A program made the position numbers and the translations under genes. 64,000 bases of DNA from Phyllosticta citribraziliensis (taxonomy: Eukaryota), in assembly GCF_038025025.1 (NCBI RefSeq), contig NW_027117339.1, forward strand, positions 1,984,001 to 2,048,000, read 5' to 3'. How positions within the stretch are numbered: position 1 is the first letter of the stretch; every line of letters starts with the position of its first letter. The notes beneath the pieces are model-generated. The model made no database searches and had not been told where the DNA came from. It worked only from the letters and a program-made list of their open reading frames with translations. Shown in pieces: positions 35,061 through 45,936 of the stretch.

Positions 35061-38000
35061 TTTGGAGGATTGGATTGTGAGGTGGTGGTCAATGGGGTGA
35101 TGGAGGGGAGGTAGTGTCGTGTGAGGAGGACAGCAAGGGAAGAGGGGATAAGGTGGATGACGGGTGACCGGGTGGACGGATGGAGGAGAATTGGATGAAA
35201 GCAAAGAATGGAGGGCAGGCGGCGGCGTTCGATATTTTAAGCCCTCACGGCAGTCTCGTCAGTCTTTGGGCGGCGTCAGGGTTCCGCTTGTTCAGCAGCA
35301 CCCACGACCTGAACGACCCGCCCAGTGCCCACCAGCGGCCGACCAGGATCCACACATGCACCCATGTTTCCAGGGCTTCGGGCTAGACATCCGCCCATTG
35401 TTGAATCGACGTCGCGCGCTCCGCCGCCCTGCCCTGCCCGCCAATGGCCGTTTTGTATTTGTCGGCGGCATCGCGTGGCCTCGATATCTCGGTCGCCGTC
35501 AAGATATCTATTCTCCCAAGTCTCATGGCCGGCAGTCGTCGACGGGAGTGGCAGCATTCAGCAAACACAGACGCAGACGCGGGACCTGCAGAATGCGCAG
35601 TCTGATAGTCGACCATAGCATTGCGCAGTGCAGTTCCCAGAATAGCCCCGCATCCGTTGCAAAAGAGACAAAGCCCATCATCAGCCTCTCTGCGCCTTTT
35701 CGCAGCCGGTTATTGGGTCCGTGTCAGCCCGCGCCATACGACGATAACGACCTACCTACCTACCACGACTGCTGATGCCAGATGCAGGAGACGGCGCCCG
35801 CCCCTCGCATGCCCTGGAGTGGCGTCGCATGTTCTCTGCACGCGGGACGTTGGCCAGGCGAGTCGAGTCGGGCAGCAGCCGGAACTAGTGTCAGGTGGGC
35901 GTGGGCGGCGGCTTGCAGCGTCGTCCATGGTCAACCTTCGGCGGCCGTCGTCAGTCAACACCATGGAGCGGCCGCGCACTGGCCGCATCGTCGGCACGCC
36001 AGACAGCCAGGCCCACAGCACGAGCCGTCTAGGCCAAGCATCTTTTTTGGAGTCACAGAGGGAGCACTGCGACGTCGGGCTGGCGTGCCAAGCGCAGGGG
36101 CTTATCACGAATGCTCGGCCAATCACCGCGGGCAGCCCACGGCGATGGGGTAACTGATCCAACTAACATCAACGGCTTTTTCGGCTACAGTCGGCGCTGC
36201 CACCGCCCGAATCCGCCTTGTATCTGGCCTGCCGTTTCGGGATCCAGACGCTGCTCCCGCCCTACACGCCACCAACCACGACCGTAGAGCACCGTAGACG
36301 GCCCCCTTTTACGCCTCCTATTTCGCCGCTGCCAGCGCAGTCTGGACACGCCCGCGGCATCCATCTTCTTCCCAGTTCCGTGCCAAAAGGGGGCCGGTCA
36401 AGAGTGGCGTGGGGTTCAGCGCCCAAGAACGCTGCCGTCCCAGGCCCACGAGCCACCTCAGGTCCGAGTTTGCAGCGCACAGCTTTCGCAAGAGTGCAAG
36501 ATCTTCGCCCCCAAGTCCCCAACATCAAGGATGTGAAAATTCTGTGCGTGGTTTTTCTCACCGTGTGTCAAAGGCATGCGCCTGGCTGCAACATTGGGGG
36601 AAGGGTGCCTGCTTTAAAGCCTGCTCCCAAGGCGCGCCCCGGCCGTCTCCGCCGCTCACGGTCCGCCTCCACGAAAAGTCCCCGGAACTCAGAGTCGCTC
36701 CTCTCCACACTTGTCCGCTATCCCGCAAACTTCCGCTACCTGCGGCACTCCCGCGACTCCTCCCACACAATTTCAACCCCCGTCTCCCCAGATTTTCCTT
36801 CTGTTCCACTCCCCTTTTGGGCGTAGCCCAGCGTAGAGTCCATCCTCGACCGCCAAGCCAACCCCGCGCTGTCGCGTCTGGGTGGAGATGATGCTGCACG
36901 ACGAGCGCAGCTCTCCCGCCCCGGGACCGGCCGCTGCCGCTGCGGAAAATTTGTCAACACCACCTCTCGATCCATTGGTCGTCGAGAGACGGTGAGTCCA
37001 AATTCTCCGTCTTGCTGTAACTGTCGTCGGTTCAACATTGGCGCCCTCTGTCAAAATTTCCATTTTTCTCCATCCGCCGAAATCGCAGCATCACGAGGTG
37101 AGCTGCCAGTTCCGTGGCTCTTCCCCAAAAACCCTTGTTCGAGGTGAACACCCTTGGCAAGCCCGTCCCGCTCCTCCATCCCATCGATCAGCCACCGCGT
37201 GTGCCGTTTCCTCGGTCGCGTGGGGTTCGTGCGTCGAGATCCGGGCGGGTGCTGGGGAGGTTTGCCAGGGAGGGCCCCTTGTGCTCCTCCCACAAAACAC
37301 TTGACCCTGAACCCTTAGATCCTGCCCAACGTAATCTCTGTGCTCGTTTATCTCTTATCTCAACCTCTCTTTTGGCCTGACGCACACTTTCCTGGCCAGC
37401 GTTGCGCTGTTGCTCTTTTCAGCGGGCGGGGAAAATTTTTCTCCATTGGCTCAAACATCCCGCGCGAACGAGTCCCTTATCAGCGCTGTGACTCGGACGA
37501 GTCAATTTTTGCGTTCCTCAGGCCGCTGTGGCTGTCGACCCGCAAAGAGCTGTATGCTCGAACACGGCGACTTCAGTCGTCGTTGAAGAGAGTAAGCGGG
37601 CGGGCCTGTGGTCAGCCCACGTCGATCCTCTCGACCACGACTCGACGCATGCTCTGGTATCCACGATGACATGTGTCGTACGCCAATAATGCCATGTGGT
37701 GATGTCCATGACAGCCTCGATATGGCCGTCGTCTTGTGAGCTGGCGTACTTTGTGGCAGAGCATGACTCTCCAGCCTCGAAGCCAAAATTTTGATTCACG
37801 CATGGAATGACCTTTTCCACGGAAATGTGTGCAGGTTTGGACGCTTGCTATGAGCTGGTTCTTTGTCATTCTTTCCTTTCGTCAGTCGTTGTCATTCACG
37901 ATAAGCCCGTGAGAAGGTAAAGTCTCTTATTCTGTCTTTTCTTCTTTTATAATTTTTTTTTTCATGTCCATCTTCGTTTTTATTTTTTATTTTTTAATAT

Positions 38001-38906
38001 CTTGTCCGGTCGCTGCGGAAACTCGCTCCTCGAACTCATGTTCCCATTTGCCATAGGAGCTTAATTTTGACCTTTCCATTATCTCAACACCAGAATTGAC
38101 GCGTCTTGCTTGCTGCCAACTTCTGGACAGCATACGCTTTCATCTCTTGGCTTCTCCTTGTCACAAGCTCCATAACACCGACCTTTGACGGCAACGGTCC
38201 GACCTCCCATCTTTCGATGAATTCACTCGATTCCATAGACAGGCGGCAGTCGCTACTTCTGTGCCTGCCCTATATGTCCGTCCCAAACTCGAGTAGAAAG
38301 GGGCGTAGATGCTCTCTATATAGATGTGTACATCTCTCTTTCTATTTCTTTTCTCCACTTGGTTTCGACCTGCAGCACGCGCAAGAGGAAGAGGACAAGA
38401 AAAGAAAAAAGTACACGGTAAGTGAAATATTCCATCGCTCCAGAGCATCGAAGTCAGATCACCTTTTCTCCTTGCCTCTGTCTTTCTCTTTTTCTCTGTC
38501 TCTTTCCCTCTCTGTCCACCTCTACATACAAATGACATCGGGTCTCTGTCAATCAAGTTGGCTTGGCGAGGCTCTCTTGCGCCGGCACCCCTTTGGCCGT
38601 TCTCATTTTTCATTTCTCCCCGAACCAGAACACAATCCTCCCTGGTAAGTCTCCCGAAGCAGAGCGGATTGGAGAGGTGAAACAGCCACGAAGCCATAAG
38701 TGGAGGACCCCACACGCGAGGCCGTTATGGACGTAGCCTGCATGGCCTCGTAGCTACCCAGCCAGCCAGCCAGCCAGCCGGTGCGTCACTCGTTCGCTGA
38801 CCGATGCCTGTTGCGGACCTGGCATGGAACTTTGAGCAGGTGGGTGGTAGGGCAAACGGACCACCTTGTTGGCCAGCTTTCTGCGAAGAGTGGTCTACAA
38901 GGGGGT

Positions 38907-38922
38907 GGGGGGGGGGGGGGGG
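38907..38922. repeat. G16 homopolymer
   Basis: Seen directly. Confidence 0.9.
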
Positions 38923-39568
38923 ATGCGGATGCCCCTTGGTTTGCCTCATTCACTCGTCCCCTTCTTTTCTCTCTTCTTCGACACGCCGCACAACAACACA
39001 CCAGCCACCAAACCAGCCGCAGCGTTGGCTCGACAGAGAATCCAAATGGTTCAATCTGCCAAAAGCTACATCTCGCCCGTTCCAAGTCTGGAAGTTCGAG
39101 CTTGATTCATTCCGGCGTCGGTCAAATGGGGGGGTGAAAAGGAAATGCAAATCGCCGTCGAAGCCTTCCCAAAGCCTGCCGATTATACTCCGTTCTATGC
39201 CTTGCGGCGCCAATATGGAGACAAGAAAAGAAGATGAAAGAGACAAGATCAAATGACACATGATGTGGGGCGGGTTTGCCCCCCTCCTCCTCCTTCTCCT
39301 CCTCCTCCTCCAGGCTCAGCTCTCGTCTAGGCGCCGACTGTCTTCAATCAAGGATGAGCGCGGCGCTGCTGAGGCGTATGCACCGCATACAAGCTGATTG
39401 GCGCTGCTTCACCAAAGCTGTACTGATCGGCCACAAAGAATGTACGTGCGCCCGAATATACCGGTTTCCTATCAGAATTCACGTTGTTCATTCCCAATCC
39501 CATCCCATTCCCTGTCGCCTGCTCCTCAATCCCCAGAGTATTCCATGCGCCTCATGGCGCCAATCCGA

Positions 39569-40405
39569 CTAAACATATCGCGGCTGTTGCGGTGGCTGCT
39601 GGCCCCTCATCAGATTGCCCGTTGAGCTGTTGGCGCTCTGCTCGCCCTCGCGGCCAGCCTCTTCATACTCGGGGGGTTTTCTGCCCTGCGAGTCCCGCGA
39701 CAGCGGACGCATAGGGATGGCGCCAGGCATAGCACCCGGCGGTGCGGGAGTCCAGTAGCCCGCTGCAGGATGCAGCCCGGGCCCGCCAGCAGGAGGCACG
39801 GCGGCAGTGGCAGGCGGCGTGATGGTGCCGGGCGGCGCGCCGTACGGAGGAGGAGCTTCGCCGTGCTCGTTGAAGCCTTCTTCGTGCCGCGTGACAGGCG
39901 AGCGGCCGTTGGCGCTATTTAACCAGCGCCACGGAGTCCTACCCAGCGGCACGCCATTGGGGTTGTTCGCTGCGTACTGGTTGCCGTGAATGTCTTGCGC
40001 GAGAGCCTGATTGGACGAGTCGCGCAGCAGGGCTTTGCGACGCTTCTTGCGTCGATGCAGCAGATAGAGAGCGACTAGGAGGAGCAGGATGGCGATGGCG
40101 ATGAAGAGGAAGTAGAGGTTGAGCAGTGACGAGTTGCCCGAGTAGGATGAGCCGGAGCTCGACGAGGAGCTGCTGCCTCCCGACTGCCCATCCGATGGTG
40201 GCGGTGCGTTTTGATCTTGCGGTTGCGGGTGCGGCCTAGCAAGGGCTTTGCTGGGCAAAAGGGTCCAGAGTAGGACGAGGCTCAGAGGGCCCTGGGACGT
40301 TGACGGGTGTCGCAGGACATGGTGCCGGCGGCGGCAGCAGCGCGATTGGTCCGGGATGTTGGGGATGGAGCGGAGAAGGCTGGGCAGTCGGCCTCTGGTC
40401 TTCAT
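39569..40405 (-). CDS. Small single-pass membrane protein with PY motifs (putative Rsp5/Nedd4 adaptor)
   Basis: TM LYFLFIAIAILLLLVALYLL followed by HRRKKRRK. Cytosolic EAPPPY and KPPEY. Start codon uncertain. Confidence 0.7.
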   Translation of the reverse strand: MKTRGRLPSLLRSIPNIPDQSRCCRRRHHVLRHPSTSQGPLSLVLLWTLLPSKALARPHPQPQDQNAPPPSDGQSGGSSSSSSSGSSYSGNSSLLNLYFLFIAIAILLLLVALYLLHRRKKRRKALLRDSSNQALAQDIHGNQYAANNPNGVPLGRTPWRWLNSANGRSPVTRHEEGFNEHGEAPPPYGAPPGTITPPATAAVPPAGGPGLHPAAGYWTPAPPGAMPGAIPMRPLSRDSQGRKPPEYEEAGREGEQSANSSTGNLMRGQQPPQQPRYV

Positions 40406-41161
40406 CTTCTCATGGCCGTCGACGACACGTACAGCGCGTTTGCTGGAGATGATGGAGGAGTGGAAAAATGAGGGAAGGAGACGGAGGCGGATGGGAGGGA
40501 ATGTGTGGCGAGAGAAGGGTAGGCAGGCAGGCAGGCAGGCTGTACCTGAACGAGTTGAAACAAGAGCTTGTACGGATCACGACGGGAAGCACAGGACAGG
40601 CGCGGACACGAAAAAGAATGGAATGAATGAATGTGAGAAGAAAGTCGATTGAGGCGGTGCTGCTGCTGGCCACCGAAGGCCTTAATGGAGGGCCATGGTC
40701 TACATGTAGCCAATGGGTTGGTCGAAGGTCTGGCGGTGGTGTCGACGACGGGATCCCCAAGATTATTTTTGGGGCTGCACGGCACTGCACTGCACCGGGG
40801 CTCAAGCTGCTGGCCTGCGGTGCTGGGCTGCCTTGGAACGTCGTCACCGCCGACTTGACTCTCCGCACCCACCACCCACCACCTCACTCGCTCACTCACG
40901 CAAGTGCCGTCAACACACGGTTGTTGGATGAGCGTTTGCTCCTGGAACTCTGGGCGCGACCGTCTCCTTCTCTGCCGCTCCGCCCTCCCCACGGCAGCTC
41001 GCCCCCACCGCTCCCTCTGATCTTGCCTCTTTGGACCCTTTTGTCTGGGGGAGAGACGTGAACCTCCTGTCATTTCCAGGTCTGGCCTGCAACGGAGATC
41101 CTGCCGCATTCACTGCTCAGGGCATCATCACGACTTTCTGATCGTCGCACCAGCCGCAGCC

Positions 41162-41540
41162 ATGCCCAGAGCTTTGCGAGGTACGTTTCCCCCCACGCCA
41201 TCCTGCCCGTTCAATCCCCACCATGCCACGAGCCAGTCCTGGTCTGGAAAAAGCAATGATTCAACACACCAAATCAACATGCTGACTATTGCTCAGGTGT
41301 CCTTGTCCAGTGTGACGAGTCCATCAAGACCATCATCGTCAAGATCGACTCGGAGCGCAACGACTTCATCATCGAAGACCTCGACGACGAGACGCTCGTC
41401 ATCAAGAGCGAAAAGCTGCCCGAGCTCAAGAGGAGACTGAACGAAGTCCGTATGCCGGGCCCCTGATTTTTCGTGATGCTAACAGCTTTTAGGTCCTCAA
41501 GGATGCCGTCAGAAACCCCGAGGATAACCTCGATATCTGA
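41162..41540 (+). CDS. TFB5: TFIIH small subunit Tfb5/p8
   Basis: Introns 41181-41296 and 41446-41492 give [43 protein letters not shown]...NLDI*. Confidence 0.93.
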
Positions 41541-42593
41541 ATACGACAACACGGAGGCTTAGCCACGCAGCTCGCCTGTTGCAGAGCATTTTATCCCTAC
41601 CTGCCACTAATAGCTGTACGACGCCTGCTAGTCAGTATGACCTAGCTCTCAGAGTACCGGTTGTCCACTTCCTTATCGAAGCGTCGAGCGGCTCCCAGGC
41701 CTTGATCCTAGGCAGTCCTCGTCTTGTCAGCCATGTTTCTGGGTCAACGTTTGCAAAACCTAGGACGTCAAGACATGGGTTCACTTTTTATTGAGGTCTC
41801 ACTCCAAATTCGAACTTTCAAACGTGGCGCATGCTCCTCGTTTTGAGAAGGTGGTTGCTCAGCCACCCAAGGGGGAATGGGGCTCTGCTTGATTCGCCCA
41901 CCTTCTCAGACTCAGGAGGCGGAGCAGGTCATTAAGCAGTCGAATGGCTCCAGGGACAAGTTAGATGGGTCGCATGCGCTCGTAGGCATGATACATGCTA
42001 GGAGATGTGTCGAAAATCGTGGGTTCAATCTTGGTTGTGTGAGCGTGTAGTTGTGGTGAGGGTCCTGAACAGGCGGATATCGCAAGAGCGTAGACTCCAA
42101 TCGAAAGCCTTGCCCAAGTGATTGCAAACAAAGAACATCGAGCCACGACACCGCTAACCAACGATTCCCACATAGTGCCGCCAGGCAGCGAGCTGACTGG
42201 AGCCAACGGCAGCCAGAGAGCAACCAACCCATCATGTGCTTGCGGTTTCCAACAAAGCTGATGGCCGTGTTCGCAAGACTCCAGCGCTTCGTTAATGTCG
42301 GAGACATTTCCAACACGATGTATAATTTTCGAAGAGTGATTCAACCGTCTACTCGGCCACCTCAGCTCTCCCTGTGTTTCTCTGCGAGTTGACTTTGGAG
42401 TTGGTTGGAAGTGTGAACCAAAGGTGCCTTAGCGGGCGGCGCAAGAGCTCCGCGTTCGGCCCGTGATTGGTCGCTTAGGCGAAAGTCGAGTCCGAGCGCC
42501 AGCACACACGGCGGCTCAACTTTACGATCATTTATCGCGGAGCTTGTCACCACCTGCAGCGGACCTTCGACAATCCCACCACCAACAGACATC

Positions 42594-43935
42594 ATGGCTG
42601 AGCAACTTGTGCTGCGGGGCACCCTTGAGGGCCACAACGGATGGGTCACCTCGCTGGCCACTTCTCTCGAGAAGTACGTTGCGAGCGACATGCGCAAACG
42701 GGCGCAGTTTGGGCGACGATTTGAGGCTAATGGACCATCTACAGCCCCAACATGCTCCTCTCCGGTTCTCGCGACAAGTCGCTCATCATCTGGAACCTTA
42801 CCCGCGATGAGCAGGCCTACGGCTTCCCCAAGCGCCGCTTGAAGGGTCACTCCCACATTGTGTCCGACTGTGTACGTGCGAATCCGGCCCCCCGAACATC
42901 AAAATTCCAAAACGAAACAACGCCGCGAGCAGACGGCTAATGGAGCGCTACAGGTCATCTCCTCGGACGGCGCGTACGCTCTGTCTTCGTCCTGGGACAA
43001 GACCCTCCGTCTGTGGGAGCTCTCCACCGGTGTGACCACCCGCCGCTTTGTCGGCCACACCAACGACGTCCTCTCGGTCTCCTTCTCCGCCGACAACCGC
43101 CAGATCGTCTCCGGCTCGCGCGACAGGTCGATCAAGCTGTGGAACACCCTCGGTGACTGCAAGTACACCATCACCGACAAGGGCCACACCGAGTGGGTTT
43201 CCTGCGTCCGCTTCTCGCCCAACCCCCAGAACCCCGTCATCGTCTCGGCTGGTTGGGACAAGTTCGTCAAGGTGCGTAAAACCGGCCCCGTCGTCGAAAC
43301 AATTCCAACCTTCACATGATGCTTTGCATATAAAGTATTTGCTACTTCAGAGTCTTCTGGCTATGAGACAAACAATCACCAATGCCCTGATCGTTCCTCT
43401 TCAATCCCTCTATTCCGCAGTCCGAGTTTTGCGGAATTTCGCTGACCCGCGTAGGTTTGGGAGCTCGCCTCGTGCCGCATCCAGACCGACCACATCGGCC
43501 ACACCGGCTACATCAACACCGTCACCATCTCCCCTGACGGATCCCTCTGCGCCTCCGGCGGCAAGGACGGTACCACCATGCTCTGGGACCTGAACGAGTC
43601 GAAGCACCTGTACTCTCTCACCGCCGGTGACGAGATCCACGCTCTCGTTTTCTCGCCCAACCGCTACTGGCTCTGCGCTGCTACCGCCAGCAGCATCATC
43701 ATCTTCGACCTCGAGAAGAAGAGCAAGGTCGACGAGCTCAAGCCCGAGTACGTCGAGGTTGGCAAGAAGTCCAGGGAGCCCGAGTGTATCTCCCTGGCCT
43801 GGTCCGCGGACGGCCAGACTCTGTTCGCTGGTTACACCGACAACAAGGTGCGTAGCATGGTCACGTTCTCGAGGCCTTGTTTGGAAGCTAACGTGGACGC
43901 AGATCCGCGCCTGGGGTGTCATGAGCAGGGCGTAA
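42594..43935 (+). CDS. CPC2: RACK1 / G-beta-like WD40 ribosomal protein (Cpc2/Asc1)
   Basis: Introns 42674-42744, 42872-42953, 43272-43454 and 43848-43902. [24 protein letters not shown]...[12 protein letters not shown]. Confidence 0.98.
43311..43394 (+). ncRNA. snR24: Intronic box C/D snoRNA U24 (snR24)
   Basis: Box C ATGATG 43316-21; guide TATTTGCTACTT plus D' CAGA; C' TGAGA; ATCACCAA; box D CTGA 43387-90. It lies in RACK1 intron 3, and ASC1/cpc2 is the established U24 host gene in yeasts. Confidence 0.9.
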
Positions 43936-44502
43936 GTTCTGGGTTGATTTCTGTTGGTGGGTGCGAATCATGCTGGAATAGGCATGACGGATACGAAAGG
44001 GCAGCCGTGGGGTATCGGGTTTTTACCTCACTTTTTCACGGGCATTGTACTGCACGGCGCTCAGAGAGAATCCAAAAATTTTCAATGCACGGGATTGATC
44101 ACGAGCCAAGGCTGCCTGGGTTGAAAAGCAATGAAGTCTGCTGGAGAGATGCCACGCCGTTCGGCGCATGCCCAGATGTCGCGCGCGGGCTTGACGTCCG
44201 GGCAGACAACACCCGCCCCAAGATCAAGCATGTTGAATGCTCAAGCAATCTATATCTCGAGCTCAACCATACGATACTCGCAATGTCCCTGACGCACATA
44301 ACGTGATGACTGGCCGTAACTCACCAAGCGCCACAGTCGGTTCAACACTGGACCTCGGTCTTGCTCTTTTCGCAGCGATCGAGACCTACACGGCATCTCA
44401 ACAGCACTTTGAGCAGGATATAATGGGATGCAATTTCGCGGTATTCGACTTTCGATCTATCATTGGCGGCGCCTCCATGCGTCCTCAATCCGCCGTCTTG
44501 TT

Positions 44503-45544
44503 CTAAAGTTTCTCAAATGTTGGTTTCCTCTTTTGTAACCCGCTCATCAAAGCCCTCTTCACGTCTTCAGTCTGAATCATGCCCATATTCCAAACAGACG
44601 TGTACTTCAGCCCCTCTTCCGTTGGCCTATCCCTGCTATAATTCACCAGCTCCTTGGTTCCAACAACAGCAACAGGACTCTTGCTCGCGACCAGCTTACA
44701 CAGCTCCAACCCCTTCGCGACCGCCTCGTCCTTGGTTGGCAATACGTACGAAAGCAGCCCAGCATTCAGGGCCTCGGCAGGGGTAAACATACGGGCCGTC
44801 AGCGCAATCTCCTTGGCAAACGACGCGTGGCCGGTGACCTTGGGCAAGCGGGTCAAGACGCCAATATCGGCCGCGATGCCGATGTCAACCTCTTTGATGG
44901 AGAAGGACGTGGTGGCGGCGGCAACGCGCATGTCGGCGCACAGCGCAATGTCGAGGCCCAGCCCGTACGTATGGCCGTGCATAGCGGCCACGACGGGCTT
45001 CTCGCACTTCTCGATGGCTGTCACGCATGCCTGGAATTCCTCGATGTGTCGTTTGATGTAGAGGGACTTGCGCGCAATGTCTTGTTCGCTGCCGTCGGAC
45101 GAGTCGCCGAGCACGCCGGACTGGGATGCGGCTTGCACGTCGAGCCCGGCTGTAAAGGCACGAGGACCTGCGCCGGTGAGGAGTACGGCGCGGACGTTGG
45201 GGTCGTGTGAGAGACGTGTGAAGATGGCTCCGAGGTTAAGCCACATGCTTTTGGGCGGTCAGTGGTAGTTTTTAGGGGTCGCGATGGAGGTTTCCTTTTT
45301 CTCTTTTCTCTTTTCACAAATCGAGGTCCTCATGACGCTGACTGGTTGTAGATTTGACAAGAGACGAAATGGAGACGAGGAAGAAATCAGGAGACCACTT
45401 CACATACACTTCTATAAAAGCATTCAGCTTTTCCGGGCGGTTGATCTCGACGTGTGCTACATATTCGGATGGAAAGGTAACGTTGAAGTACTCGTACGAG
45501 TACGGCTCCTTTGAGCTTTTGGAGGGATCTTTGAAAGAGCCCAT
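44503..45544 (-). CDS. ECH1: Delta3,5-Delta2,4-dienoyl-CoA isomerase (crotonase fold), C-terminal EKL (PTS1-like)
   Basis: Intron 45248-45407. Motifs VEINRPEKLNAF, AFTAGLD, IEKCEKPV, IKEVDIGIAADIGVLTRLPKV and KPTFEKL*. Confidence 0.9.
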
Positions 45545-45936
45545 TTTGATCGGAATGGCGGCGACAACGTCTACGAGTTGTTGAAGGGGAATCTCCAGGT
45601 CTGGTGGCGGAGAGGAGTTGGTTCACATGCCTCGGCACAAGGTGTTTGACAAGAAAGCAAACAGGCGGCGCGTCCGGACGAACTCTAGACGGAACCTACC
45701 GCACCACGAGCTCTCCCCAAGCTCCCGGAGCTCCATCGAAAAACATCGTCAAGCTCCCTGCTCGCCGAACATTTCACCCTGTTTGCGACCGTTGCTCTTG
45801 GCAGCTGAGCTCCGTTGCGCTCTGCCTGTGCGCCCGATCCCCGCCTTCGCCATGATTCATCGTCCATAGTTGGAACCGCAACCTTCCCTGTCCACCGCAG
45901 TCCACAGACCCGCTCAGGCCCCGACCACCATCAGCC

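Noticed and set aside
36673..36685. GAAAAGTCCCCGG resembling the RNase MRP CR-I/P4 strand
   Set aside because: No matching downstream CR-V (GGGGCTNA); the GGGGCTTA at about 36097 lies upstream, in the wrong order.
44303..44400. GTGATGA box C-like motif after RACK1 (also one at about 19401)
   Set aside because: No box D at a suitable distance and no recognisable rRNA guide.
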